The translations under genes were made by a program, and so were the position numbers. Of a stretch of DNA of 64,000 nucleotides, positions 50,128-59,852 are shown in pieces. The stretch comes from an uncultured Gammaproteobacteria bacterium (GTDB taxonomy: Bacteria; Pseudomonadota; Gammaproteobacteria; Pseudomonadales; IMCC2047), in contig CALOEK010000002.1 in NCBI GenBank assembly GCA_942492345.1, forward strand, positions 400,104 to 464,103, in the 5' to 3' direction. Each line of letters opens with the position of its first letter. Within the stretch, counting starts at the first letter, position 1. The notes below the pieces were generated by a model, which was not told the DNA's origin, ran no database searches, and was given only the letters and a program-made list of their open reading frames with translations.

Positions 50128-51096
50128 ATGAGAGTTCTTTTAGCTCCGATGCAGGGCGTAGTGGATCACCCGATGCGGGAGATGTTAACGCGCATTGGTG
50201 GTTATGATCGCTGTGTGACAGAGTTTATTCGCGTGACTCACTCAGTGCTGCCCGAAAAAGTATTTTTTCGTTACTGCCCTGAGCTAAAGCAGGAAGGGAA
50301 AACCCGGGCAGGAACGCCCGTATATATTCAATTTCTTGGCAGTAATCCGGTCTTCCTTGCCGAAAATGCTGTAACAGCAGTAGCGCTGGGTGTGCCCGGT
50401 ATCGACCTGAATTTTGGTTGCCCGGCAAAAACGGTTAACCGCCATGAAGGTGGCTCTGTTTTACTCAAAGAGCCTAAACGCGTGGCGGATATTGTTAAGG
50501 CGGTACGCGATGCCGTTGATCCAGCTGTGCCGGTGACGGCAAAAATTCGTTTGGGTTTTAAGGACGCCAGTTTGTTGGAGGATATAGCCAGCGGTATTGA
50601 AGAAGCCGGTGCCAGCGAGCTGTGTATTCATGCTCGCACTCGCGAGGATGGCTACAAGCCGCCAGCTTATTGGCAGCATATCGATGCAATTCAACAACAA
50701 CTGACTATTCCTGTGATTGCTAATGGTGAAATATGGGCGCCTGAACATGCTGTGCAAGCTCAGCGGCAGAGTGGTTGCTCAGATTTAATGTTAGGCCGCG
50801 GTGCGTTGGCGTGCCCAGATTTAGCCCGGGCCATTAAGCAACAGCAGCAGGGGCAGGTCCCACGGTTTATGAGCTGGCTTGAGGTTGTCGATGAGTTGGC
50901 CGATTTTTTTGAAAATTCAGACCAGCCGGATCCCAAGTATATTGGTAACCGCACCAAACAGTGGCTTTCCTATTTAAGATTGCAATATCCAGACGCTGAT
51001 TTGTTATTTCAACGGATCAAACGGTTGCGCTGTGTTTCAGAAATTCTCGGGCAGATGGATTTACATCGCCAACATGATTTAAACATTAAAGGTTAG
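50128..51096 (+). CDS. dusC: tRNA-dihydrouridine(16) synthase DusC
   Basis: Colinear with E. coli DusC (MRVLLAPM.GV.D...RE.LT, NGEIW, KQWLSYLR). Confidence 0.9.
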   Translation: MRVLLAPMQGVVDHPMREMLTRIGGYDRCVTEFIRVTHSVLPEKVFFRYCPELKQEGKTRAGTPVYIQFLGSNPVFLAENAVTAVALGVPGIDLNFGCPAKTVNRHEGGSVLLKEPKRVADIVKAVRDAVDPAVPVTAKIRLGFKDASLLEDIASGIEEAGASELCIHARTREDGYKPPAYWQHIDAIQQQLTIPVIANGEIWAPEHAVQAQRQSGCSDLMLGRGALACPDLARAIKQQQQGQVPRFMSWLEVVDELADFFENSDQPDPKYIGNRTKQWLSYLRLQYPDADLLFQRIKRLRCVSEILGQMDLHRQHDLNIKG

Positions 51097-51100
51097 CTTT

Positions 51101-51739
51101 GTGACTCGAGCAGTACTTTATTATTTCCACGATCCCATGTGTAGCTGGTGCTGGGGCTACCGGCCAGCCTGGCAGTCCCTAAAGGCCGCTTTGCCCACCG
51201 ATGTGCGCGTTGAAAACATTCTTGGCGGTTTAGCTGCTGATAGCAATGAGCCGATGCCCTCTGAATTGCAGGCGCATATTAAGGGGCATTGGCGGCACAT
51301 CGAAGGTGAGCTGGGTACGGCCTTTAATTTTGATTTTTGGACCGAAAATCAGCCGCGACGATCGACTTATCAAGCTTGCCGTGCAGTTCTCTCCGCGCGA
51401 CGACAGGGACTGGAAGAGGTTATGATCGAAGCGATTCAACGGGGTTATTATTTACGCGCGATGAATCCGTCTAACGATGACGTGCTGGCGCAGCTGGCCC
51501 GTGAAATTGGTCTGGATGAGACAGAGTTTTGTGCTGATCTGGTATCTGAAGATGTTCAGCAGCAATTAACCGAACAGATTGAGTTTTCACGTACAACAAA
51601 TATTAGCGGTTTCCCGTCTTTGTTCTTGAGCTGTGTTGGCAACGGTGAGGGCGAGCGAAAGGTGCTGCCCATCACCATTGACTACAAGGATTATCGAGCG
51701 ACCTTGGATCAGATCATCCGAAGCCTTCCCAAAGCTTAA
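51101..51739 (+). CDS. DsbA-like thioredoxin-fold protein (CxxC = CSWC)
   Basis: YYFHDPMCSWCWGY active-site region, 212 aa. Confidence 0.75.
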   Translation: MTRAVLYYFHDPMCSWCWGYRPAWQSLKAALPTDVRVENILGGLAADSNEPMPSELQAHIKGHWRHIEGELGTAFNFDFWTENQPRRSTYQACRAVLSARRQGLEEVMIEAIQRGYYLRAMNPSNDDVLAQLAREIGLDETEFCADLVSEDVQQQLTEQIEFSRTTNISGFPSLFLSCVGNGEGERKVLPITIDYKDYRATLDQIIRSLPKA

Positions 51740-52104
51740 GCCTGATTGGCGAAACGGCCCTGCAAGTATTCAACAATCGCGTTGGAATCGTACAGCCAGC
51801 TCACTTCTCCGGCTTCTTCGATCCGCAGGCATGGTACTTTGATTTTGCCGCCTTGTTCGAGTAATTCCTGACGAACTTTCTCATCGTGTTTGGCATCACG
51901 GGTTTCAACGTTCAACGAGTGACGCTTAAAGGTGCGGCGTACTTTGATGCAGAACGGGCAGGCTTTGAACTGATACAACGACAGGCCAGCTGTTTGCTGG
52001 TCGATTTGCTGTTGCAGATCAGCCGGGCGTTTAACGCCACGTGGTGTGGTGATCCAATCGAGGAACAAAAGGATGGGAGCGAGGATCATTCGTACAATGC
52101 GCAT
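51736..52104 (-). CDS. membrane-anchored glutaredoxin-family protein
   Basis: N-terminal TM helix, then CPFC and KVPCL motifs. Confidence 0.75.
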   Translation of the reverse strand: MRIVRMILAPILLFLDWITTPRGVKRPADLQQQIDQQTAGLSLYQFKACPFCIKVRRTFKRHSLNVETRDAKHDEKVRQELLEQGGKIKVPCLRIEEAGEVSWLYDSNAIVEYLQGRFANQA

Positions 52105-52204
52105 GGATGTGTCTACCTAACTTGTTGGCTGGAATATAAAAAATTGGGCGCGAATTCTAGCACGACATAGCAAGTTTTTGAAGATTAGCTGTTTTCATGT
52201 GGCT

Positions 52205-53332
52205 TTAATTCTGGGCGCACCACAGGACAAACTTTTTGTCACTGACCAGTGTGTGTACCTTTTTGAAGTGTTTTTTCAATTCGACGTGATAGCCCAAATG
52301 CCGATTGCCAATAATGTAAAAACTGCCGCCTGGTTTTAATACGCGGGCACTGTCACGAAACATCTGCTGGGCAATTTGAATACCCACGGCCTGCTGCTGA
52401 TGGAAGGGCGGGTTGCATAATACGGCATCAACGCTGTTGTTCTCAAATCCCTGTAAACAGTGGTTTTGAGTTAATGTTGCGCGCTCTGATTCACCCAGTG
52501 CTTCGACGGCGCAGCGAGTGGCGTGAATAGCATGGCAGGATTCATCGACAAAGCTTACGGCAAGCTGAGGGTTTTTCTGTAAGGCCTGTAAACCCAAAAT
52601 TCCGTTGCCACAGCCTAGATCAACAACCTTTTCTGCTTCACTTAATGCAGGAAAGTGTTGCAGGAAAAAACGACTGCCTTGATCCAGTTTGCCGACCGCA
52701 AAGACATTGGGTGTATCAAATACCGTCAGGCCAATTTCAGTTTGTTGGCGAGGTTGAGCGAGCGATGGTTGAGGGTAGTCGCCGCGAGTAACACCTAGCA
52801 GCAGACGTGCTTTCTTTTTGGCTAAGGTGGTGCTGGTGTCCTGAAGGTGTTGTTCGAACAGTTTAAAAAAACTATTGCTGAGATACTTCACCATAGCACC
52901 GATGATAACCGGTGTGCCTACGGGTAAATAATGATTCAATGCAGCAAGTTGATATTCAAAATAGCGGGTGTTTTTAGGTAACTTGAGGATAACTAACGGC
53001 GCATAGGGCAGAGGAGAACTGCTATCCAGCTGTTGCAGTTCTTCGCCGTCATTGGTCTCTAGATTCGTTTGTGCAGCCTGTTGGCTGACAAAGGAATCAT
53101 TGACTAAAACGGGCAGATAATCCTTGAGGCTAACGCCAAGCGCACCAAAGCTGTCATTCAAAATGAGTGGCTGATGAAGGTTTGGCTGATTATGAAAATA
53201 GTGCTCGTGCAGATGTTGAAGCAGGTATTCATCGGCAGCATCCCAAGCTCTTAGCGTGTGGCTAATGTCGCGAGGTAGGCGCTCTAATTGAATTGTACCA
53301 AAGGGGCTAGTGAATTGGTTGGCGTTATTCAT
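52205..53332 (-). CDS. rlmG: 23S rRNA (guanine-N2)-methyltransferase RlmG-like (RsmC/RlmG family)
   Basis: 375 aa with two methyltransferase-like halves, DLGCGNG and the NPPFH motif. Confidence 0.7.
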   Translation of the reverse strand: MNNANQFTSPFGTIQLERLPRDISHTLRAWDAADEYLLQHLHEHYFHNQPNLHQPLILNDSFGALGVSLKDYLPVLVNDSFVSQQAAQTNLETNDGEELQQLDSSSPLPYAPLVILKLPKNTRYFEYQLAALNHYLPVGTPVIIGAMVKYLSNSFFKLFEQHLQDTSTTLAKKKARLLLGVTRGDYPQPSLAQPRQQTEIGLTVFDTPNVFAVGKLDQGSRFFLQHFPALSEAEKVVDLGCGNGILGLQALQKNPQLAVSFVDESCHAIHATRCAVEALGESERATLTQNHCLQGFENNSVDAVLCNPPFHQQQAVGIQIAQQMFRDSARVLKPGGSFYIIGNRHLGYHVELKKHFKKVHTLVSDKKFVLWCAQN

Positions 53333-53556
53333 TTATTATTTTTATTTTTGACATCGCATTGTGACCACCACTCGCTCAGAGTGGTGTGTCGCTAAACACT
53401 TTAAAAGGGCGTAGGACCGCAGATGTTGATTAACAGTGTTACAAGGTCTTGAATTAATACAGCGTATTCAGCAATCATCATGGCGATCTCTCCTTGGTGA
53501 GTCAGGCAATACTACGCCTGGTAATGCATGTTCACAAGACGCCGGCTGTAACACCG

Positions 53557-54489
53557 TTAGCGGCTCGCCTTCCAGCTCTTTTTGCGGGTAGTTTTTTTCG
53601 CCGCTTGCTTTTCGGCTTTTTGGGCGCGAATGATTTCCACGTTGGCTTTTTCGGCTTCCATCATTGCAGGTGTTTCCAAACTGATAAGGCCAAGAACACC
53701 AGAACGCAGCTCGGTGATAAATAGTTTGGAGGCCCGATCCAGATCAACTTGCCCGCCGCTGCGCAAGCAACCGCGTTTGCGACCAATGTCCTCAATGATT
53801 TCCAGATCGCTATCGGCTATTCGATCCAATTCATAGCGCTCTTTTAAACGTTCACCGTAGGTTTTGGCCATAAAGTCGGCGGCAAAAAATGCCACATCGA
53901 TATAGTCCATGGCGGTATCACGAATGGCACCTGTGGTGGCTAATCGATAGCCGCTGCCTTTATTTTCCACGTTAGGCCACATGACGCCCGGGGTGTCAGA
54001 GAGCGTAATGCCGCCATCGAGTTTAATGCGTTGTTGGGTCTTGGTGACGGCCGGTTCGTTGCCGGTTTTGGCAATGGTACGGCCCGCTAGTGTGTTAATT
54101 AGGGTGGATTTGCCAACGTTGGGAATGCCGACAATCATGGTGTGGATGGTCTTTTCGTTTTTTACCTTGTGAGGCATCATTTTGCGGCACAGGTCGGTCA
54201 ATTGCAGGGCTTTTTCCGGTTGGTCTGTACGGATTGCCAGGGTTTTTACACCCGCTTGCTGCTCCAGGTATTCCTGCCACAGGGCAGTGATTTCCGGGTC
54301 AGCCAAATCAGTTTTACTGAGCACCTTGATACAGGGTTTGTCGCCGCGTATTTCAGCCAACATCGGGTTTTCGCTGCTGAAGGGGATGCGAGCGTCCAGC
54401 ACCTCGATCAGGATATCAACGCCGGGCAGGGCCTCCTTGATCTGTTTGCTGGCCTTGTGCATATGGCCGGGGTACCACTGTATTTGCAT
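53557..54489 (-). CDS. rbgA: ribosome biogenesis GTPase A (YlqF/RbgA)
   Basis: MQIQWYPGHMHKA N-terminus and circularly permuted GTPase motifs (SKTD, GIPNVGKST, DTPG). Confidence 0.9.
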   Translation of the reverse strand: MQIQWYPGHMHKASKQIKEALPGVDILIEVLDARIPFSSENPMLAEIRGDKPCIKVLSKTDLADPEITALWQEYLEQQAGVKTLAIRTDQPEKALQLTDLCRKMMPHKVKNEKTIHTMIVGIPNVGKSTLINTLAGRTIAKTGNEPAVTKTQQRIKLDGGITLSDTPGVMWPNVENKGSGYRLATTGAIRDTAMDYIDVAFFAADFMAKTYGERLKERYELDRIADSDLEIIEDIGRKRGCLRSGGQVDLDRASKLFITELRSGVLGLISLETPAMMEAEKANVEIIRAQKAEKQAAKKTTRKKSWKASR

Positions 54490-54550
54490 GTCTTTCTCTT
54501 GGTGTGATTTTGAAAATCAGGGTGTCGCTGGTTTGTAACGATTTACGATG

Positions 54551-54621
54551 AAGTTTGTGGGTAAGACTTCAGTCTTACTTGTCCTTACTTGTCAGGCTAA
54601 AGCCTGACCTACAAAGTTTGT
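54551..54621. repeat. small structured intergenic element: two 8-bp-stem hairpins and a 10-bp tandem duplication, bracketed by an 8-bp direct repeat
   Basis: AAGTTTGT at 54551 and 54614. Hairpins are gtaagact/agtcttac and gtcaggct/agcctgac. cttacttgtc occurs twice in tandem at 54574-54593. Confidence 0.5.
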
Positions 54622-54627
54622 CACCTT

Positions 54628-55458
54628 TTAAAGCAGGGTAACTTTATCTTTGTCAATTTTAACTAAACGCTGTTTGTAAAGTGCGCCCAGTGCACGTTTA
54701 TAACTGGCTTTGCTGGCGTTAAATTTTTTGTAAATCGCATCGGGTGTGCTTTTGTCGGTCAGTGTTGAGGTGCCGCCGTTGGCTTTTAAATCATCTAGAA
54801 TTTGCTGTGACAGCTCGTCACGCGCTTCCTGTCCCTGTAGTTGTAAACACAGGGTGACTTTTTTATCGATGCGGATTTCTTTCACAAAGCCTTTCAGGCG
54901 CTGGCCGATATCAATCGGTTGCAGAATGTCTTGATGGAACAGCAGGCCCAGGCAACGGTTTTCAATCACACCCATGTAGCCGAGGTCGGTACGTTGGTAT
55001 ATGAGAAACTCAACGGGTTGTTCGGGGGCTAGATAGAGCGCCATTTCACTCAGATGACGGGCAATTTTTGTGGAGCCCGTGATACGTTTGGTGCGTGGGT
55101 CGATAAAGGCGAACACGGGGTAAGACTGGCCCACTTCCATCGGTGTAACCTGTTCACCAAAGGGAATCAGTAAATCTTTACTCAGCCCCCAATCCACAAA
55201 CGCGCCGATGGGTGTGGTTGAAACCACTTTTAGGTTGGCACATTCACCGACCTTAACGCGTGGTGTTTCGGTGGTGCAAATCAGGCGATCTTCAGAGTCG
55301 AGATAAATAAAGACATCCAGCCAGTCGCCGACTTTGGCTCCCTCCGGTACGTAGCGGATTGGCAATAAAATACTGTCTAATTCACCGGCGTCTAGGTATA
55401 GCCCGAAGTCTACGGAGCGAAGAACCTGAAGATTATTAATTCTGCCTATTTCTGCCAT
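54628..55458 (-). CDS. S1-domain RNA-binding protein (CvfB/YitL family)
   Basis: 276 aa with repeated S1-like barrels and a C-terminal winged-helix region. Confidence 0.8.
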   Translation of the reverse strand: MAEIGRINNLQVLRSVDFGLYLDAGELDSILLPIRYVPEGAKVGDWLDVFIYLDSEDRLICTTETPRVKVGECANLKVVSTTPIGAFVDWGLSKDLLIPFGEQVTPMEVGQSYPVFAFIDPRTKRITGSTKIARHLSEMALYLAPEQPVEFLIYQRTDLGYMGVIENRCLGLLFHQDILQPIDIGQRLKGFVKEIRIDKKVTLCLQLQGQEARDELSQQILDDLKANGGTSTLTDKSTPDAIYKKFNASKASYKRALGALYKQRLVKIDKDKVTLL

Positions 55459-55571
55459 GCCAAAACAACTCGTTTGCTATAAATTTAGTGTGACAAGTGT
55501 ATTCGTGATGGCGGTTTGGTGCGAGTTAAATCTTTAAACATAAACAAAGGCATGGTGATAAAACAGGGCTT

Positions 55572-56123
55572 GTGGCAGCCTTATACACTCCCTCATTTAT
55601 TATTCATTCGAGAACATTGATGTTAGGCCAAACAAAGCGCTGCGGTTTAGGTGATATCAATGCACGCTTTAGCGTCTATATAGCCAATCGACCGCCGCTG
55701 GATGAATATCATTATTTAGTAGGCATGCGGTCTATGATAGATGGCGATATTGCGCGGATTGCTCAGCAGACCGGTAATCATTGGCGTAAGATTTTTAATG
55801 TTTACGCCAAGCTGGCGTTTGCTTTGAAAACAGAAGGTTTTGCCACTTGGCAGTTGTATCGCGATGCGTTTTTATTGCGTGAAAATTCGAGTCAGGCTTT
55901 GCTGTTTAGTGAGCCGGATTTATCTCAAACTGGCCTGCATATTGTGATGGGCAGAACCTATGCGAAAACGTTAATGTTGGATGCGAAGCTGACAGCGGTG
56001 GATGCTGATTTTCAAATCGATAAAAATAAGCGGTTGCTGGTGGTGCCCTATTTTGATTATCGGCAGCTCAGTAATGAAAAACTGCTGCGTTTGCAGGCTT
56101 TGATAGCTAGCTTGGCGCACTAG
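55572..56123 (+). CDS. hypothetical protein (start uncertain; alternative ATG at 55620)
   Basis: ORF only, with no motif that I recognise. Confidence 0.45.
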   Translation: MAALYTPSFIIHSRTLMLGQTKRCGLGDINARFSVYIANRPPLDEYHYLVGMRSMIDGDIARIAQQTGNHWRKIFNVYAKLAFALKTEGFATWQLYRDAFLLRENSSQALLFSEPDLSQTGLHIVMGRTYAKTLMLDAKLTAVDADFQIDKNKRLLVVPYFDYRQLSNEKLLRLQALIASLAH

Positions 56124-56190
56124 TGTTGAGTTTATGTTTAAAGTCACTGTCGAATGACGAAATGGTCCCTGTATTGAGAAGGATTAATGG

Positions 56191-58497
56191 GTGACTAAAA
56201 AGCGGTTTTTTGTAATAGCGCTCTTGCTACCAGTGGTTTTGCTATTGGCGCTTTATCTTGCCTGGCCGGTTTGGGTTACGCCGTTAGCTCGAGGATTGTT
56301 GGCGGATGTTGACCTTGAGTTGTCGCATATCGAAATTTACCGTCCCGGTTGGCAAGGTCTGATCATCCGGGATTTGAAGCTCCGGTATCTTGTTGCTGGG
56401 TACGATTCGACGCTGACAATTCCTGAGGTGTCATTGAATTATTCGTGGCAGGGATTATGGCAGGGGCAGCTGGAAGCGCTGCAAATGCCCGTTGTGCATG
56501 TTCAGCTGCTGGTCGACGATACGGTTGTCGATAAAAATGAAACGGTCAGCGAAAAGCCGCTATCTATTGCAGCGCTTCTTCCTAACGCTTTGTTTCCTCA
56601 ACTTCCCTTTTCACAGTTGCACGTCGACTCTTTACAGCTGGAATTACCAGAAACTGTGAGTTATCAGGACTTGAGGGGAAGCCTTCATTACAACGCACAA
56701 AAATTGCAGTTAAGCCTGAATAGTCCTGAAAATTCAGATGCGGATTTATCAGTGCTTCAGCTAAGCCTTCAGGTCGACCAGGCTAATTATTTACAGCTGG
56801 ATTTGCTGAAAAATGCACAGCCCATTTTAGAGATTGATAGCAAAATAACGGAGGAGGCTGCTCAACTGGAGGGCCGGTTAAAACTGGACTTGCAGGCGGC
56901 GACAGAATTATTACGAGAATTAGGACTGCTGGAATCAAACTATCAATTAGCGGGTGATGCGCAATTACTGTGGCAACTGCCCTTACCGGATGAAATCACC
57001 GGCAATGACTGGGCTGTAACGGCTCGTTTTCAGACACAGTTGGTCGTTAGTGATTTCAAGCACTCTCAGCTTAGCGCTGGAGTGGTGGCTTTTTCTGGGG
57101 CTGGGCAAGTGCATGTGTCCCCTGATGTTGTTCGCTTGCAGTTCGATGCCAATAGCTCGATACGAGCTGAAAATATTGAAGCTGAGGATCTGCAGGTTGA
57201 TGCTCTGGCGATTACAGTACCGCGTGCATTTGATGTTGTTTTAGAGCAACAGCAGGTGGTCGTGCCTGAATTGGAATTTCAGCTGGGCGAGACGCAACTA
57301 AGTTGGCAGGCCGAGGATTATAACGTTGCCGCGGCACGTGTGCGCTTGAAGGACGTTTCACAGGCATTGCAAAACCTTGGACAGATGAGCGGTCGTATTA
57401 ATGTATCGCTGACAGGGTTTGAAACTTCATTCGGTGATTTGAGCTTGAAACCGCTGGACGCGCAGGCTAGTTGGCAGCTGGAGAATGAAACACTGAATGG
57501 CACCGTGCAGCTTAGTTATGCGGCTGGTTTGATTCGTGTTACGGGCGATATGACGCATAATTTGAATAGTGGGTTGGGCCACTTTAATTCGCAATTACAA
57601 CGGCTCAACTTTCAACAAACACAAAGCTATCTGCCTCGGATGTTTGACGACTGGCCCTATCCCTTTGATCTATTTGCTGGACAATTGGACATGACCGCGC
57701 GGTTAAACTGGGACGCTGAGCAGGTTTATGCAAAGGGGCGCATAACATTAACTGGTGTAAGTGGTTTTTATGACACTAACCTGTTTCGTGGTTTGAATTC
57801 TGAGCTTTTGATTGATGGGTCTGTGGATAATCTTAAGCTGACGGCAAAGCGCGTTGAGGTTGCGAGTGTTGATGCGGGTGTGCCGATAAAACATATAACT
57901 TTTTCGCTGCAATCAACAGCCGAAAGGCTGCAAATCAAGGATTTTAAGGCCGAACTATTAGGTGGGCAGGTGGGTCAGACACTTGTCAGTTACGATTGGA
58001 CGCAGGATCAAAATGACTTGGTGTTACAGATTCAGGGTATTCAGCTGGCTGAACTGTTAAACCTTGAAACGGGCATTGAAGGGTTAGGTGTTCTGGATGG
58101 ACAATTGCCGATCAGGATCAGTTCGACAGGCATTTCAATTCAAGAGAGTGAAATTAAGGCGCGTAGTCCAGGCGGCTTTATTAAATACCAGGGTGCCAAC
58201 TCAATGAGTTCGGCAGTAGACGATGTGGGTGTTGGTTTTGCGCTTGAGGCGTTAGAGAATTTTCATTATGAAATGCTTGCTGTTAAAGCGAGTTACAACG
58301 AAAGCGGTCAACTAAAACTGGAAACGGTATTGTTGGGGCGAAACCCGGATATGAAGGAGCAGCGTCCGGTACGCTACAACATTAATATTCAAGAAAATAT
58401 TCCGGCGCTGATCAAGAGCCTGAAGCTAACTCAGAAAATCAGCGATAATATTGAACGCCGTATACAGGCGTTTTACAAAAAGGATAACAGGGAATAA
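56191..58497 (+). CDS. ydbH: YdbH-like AsmA-family intermembrane protein
   Basis: 768 aa with an N-terminal anchor and long beta-rich repeats. It is followed by ynbE and ydbL exactly as in E. coli. Confidence 0.8.
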   Translation: MTKKRFFVIALLLPVVLLLALYLAWPVWVTPLARGLLADVDLELSHIEIYRPGWQGLIIRDLKLRYLVAGYDSTLTIPEVSLNYSWQGLWQGQLEALQMPVVHVQLLVDDTVVDKNETVSEKPLSIAALLPNALFPQLPFSQLHVDSLQLELPETVSYQDLRGSLHYNAQKLQLSLNSPENSDADLSVLQLSLQVDQANYLQLDLLKNAQPILEIDSKITEEAAQLEGRLKLDLQAATELLRELGLLESNYQLAGDAQLLWQLPLPDEITGNDWAVTARFQTQLVVSDFKHSQLSAGVVAFSGAGQVHVSPDVVRLQFDANSSIRAENIEAEDLQVDALAITVPRAFDVVLEQQQVVVPELEFQLGETQLSWQAEDYNVAAARVRLKDVSQALQNLGQMSGRINVSLTGFETSFGDLSLKPLDAQASWQLENETLNGTVQLSYAAGLIRVTGDMTHNLNSGLGHFNSQLQRLNFQQTQSYLPRMFDDWPYPFDLFAGQLDMTARLNWDAEQVYAKGRITLTGVSGFYDTNLFRGLNSELLIDGSVDNLKLTAKRVEVASVDAGVPIKHITFSLQSTAERLQIKDFKAELLGGQVGQTLVSYDWTQDQNDLVLQIQGIQLAELLNLETGIEGLGVLDGQLPIRISSTGISIQESEIKARSPGGFIKYQGANSMSSAVDDVGVGFALEALENFHYEMLAVKASYNESGQLKLETVLLGRNPDMKEQRPVRYNINIQENIPALIKSLKLTQKISDNIERRIQAFYKKDNRE

Positions 58498-58501
58498 GCC
58501 C

Positions 58502-58702
58502 ATGAAACTGAGAAAATCCTTGCTGATGGCCGTTGGTCTTGCGGCGAGCATAGTGGTGTTGAGTGGTTGTACACCGACGGTCAAGGTGGCAACTGATGAA
58601 CCGATAACGATAAACCTTAACGTCAATATTCAGCATGAAATACGCGTTAAGGTAGATAAAGAACTTGATGATCTGCTGTCCGATGACAGCGGTCTGTTTT
58701 AA
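58502..58702 (+). CDS. ynbE: lipoprotein YnbE
   Basis: 66 aa with a VLSGC lipobox. EPITINLNVNIQHEIRVKVDKELDDLL closely matches E. coli YnbE. Confidence 0.9.
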   Translation: MKLRKSLLMAVGLAASIVVLSGCTPTVKVATDEPITINLNVNIQHEIRVKVDKELDDLLSDDSGLF

Positions 58703-58731
58703 CGACACGTATTTGCTTTAAAGGAGTTGTT

Positions 58732-59064
58732 ATGAAAAAAAATGTGATGCGTAGCGGTTTGTTGATTGCCACTTTGTGTTTTTGCATGAACGCCTTCAGC
58801 CTGACGCTGGGTGAAGCCAAAGAGCAAGGTTTGGTGGGTGAACAGCCAAATGGTATGTTGGGTGTTGTTAAAGCGCCAACAGCCGAGGTGGCGGCGTTGG
58901 TAAAGGTCATTAATGGAAAGCGCAACGCGGCTTATCAGGATATTGCTCATCGTAACGGTACGGATGTTGGTGTCGTACAACAATTGGCGGGTGAAAAAGC
59001 CATTGAAAAAACACCTGCGGGTCAGTTCGTCTTATCCGGTGGGCAGTGGCAGAAGGTGCAGTAA
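58732..59064 (+). CDS. ydbL: YdbL (DUF1318) periplasmic protein
   Basis: 110 aa with a signal peptide and LTLGEAKEQGLVGEQ.NG.LG. Confidence 0.85.
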   Translation: MKKNVMRSGLLIATLCFCMNAFSLTLGEAKEQGLVGEQPNGMLGVVKAPTAEVAALVKVINGKRNAAYQDIAHRNGTDVGVVQQLAGEKAIEKTPAGQFVLSGGQWQKVQ

Positions 59065-59152
59065 CTGCCTGCTTTGAAAGGGCGAAGCAATTATCAGGTT
59101 GTTATGATAAAATCGCGACTTTTAAATTTTTAAATTAATTTGAGTGAGTAGA

Positions 59153-59773
59153 ATGTCAGATAAATACCCAACCCTTGAAGATAAAGTGAGCTACGGCATT
59201 GGTCGTCAAATGGGCAAACAACTGGCGGGTAATCCGCTGGATCGCGTTGACATCGATGCGGTTGCTGCCGGTCTGCGTAGCGCTTTTAACGATGAAGAAA
59301 GTGAAATTCCAGCGGAAGAGTTGAAAGCAGCGTTTGAAGAAATGAATGAGTTACTGCAACAGCGTCAAGCTGAAGAAGCAAAAGCGTTTACTGCTGAAGG
59401 CGAGAAATTCTTGGCAGAAAATGCAGCACGTGACGAAGTGACGGTAACTGAGAGTGGTCTACAGTTTGAAATTCTGGCTGACGGTGACGGTGAGAAACCT
59501 CTGGCTGCGTCTACCGTTCGTACTCATTATCACGGTACGCTGATTGATGGTTCTGTCTTCGATAGCTCCTACGATCGTGGCGAACCCGCTGAATTCCCAG
59601 TTAACGGCGTAATCGCCGGTTGGACTGAAGCACTACAAATGATGCCTGTTGGTTCAAAATGGCGTTTGTATGTGCCTCACGACCTGGCATACGGTGAGCA
59701 CGGCGCCGGTGATCGTATCGCACCATACAGTACGTTGGTTTTTGATGTTGAGTTGCTGGATATCGTTGCTTAA
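59153..59773 (+). CDS. fklB: FKBP-type peptidyl-prolyl cis-trans isomerase FklB
   Basis: 206 aa from the ATG with YGIG...G and the C-terminal FKBP core (V.YHGTLIDG..FDSSY.RGEP..F....VI.GW.EAL..M..G.KW.L..P..LAYG). Confidence 0.9.
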   Translation: MSDKYPTLEDKVSYGIGRQMGKQLAGNPLDRVDIDAVAAGLRSAFNDEESEIPAEELKAAFEEMNELLQQRQAEEAKAFTAEGEKFLAENAARDEVTVTESGLQFEILADGDGEKPLAASTVRTHYHGTLIDGSVFDSSYDRGEPAEFPVNGVIAGWTEALQMMPVGSKWRLYVPHDLAYGEHGAGDRIAPYSTLVFDVELLDIVA

Positions 59774-59797
59774 TTTTAAAGCAAATTGATACCTGTT

Positions 59798-59830
59798 ATC
59801 GGAGAGCCTAGGCTCTCCGATTTTGTTTTT
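59798..59830 (+). terminator. intrinsic terminator after fklB
   Basis: atcggagagcc-ta-ggctctccgat followed by ttttgttttt. Confidence 0.9.
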
Positions 59831-59852
59831 AGGTATTGAAGATCACTGATAT

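Noticed and set aside
53494-53724. 76-aa + strand ORF spanning the rbgA 3' end.
   Set aside because: It overlaps the well-supported rbgA frame on the opposite strand and has no SD or motif.
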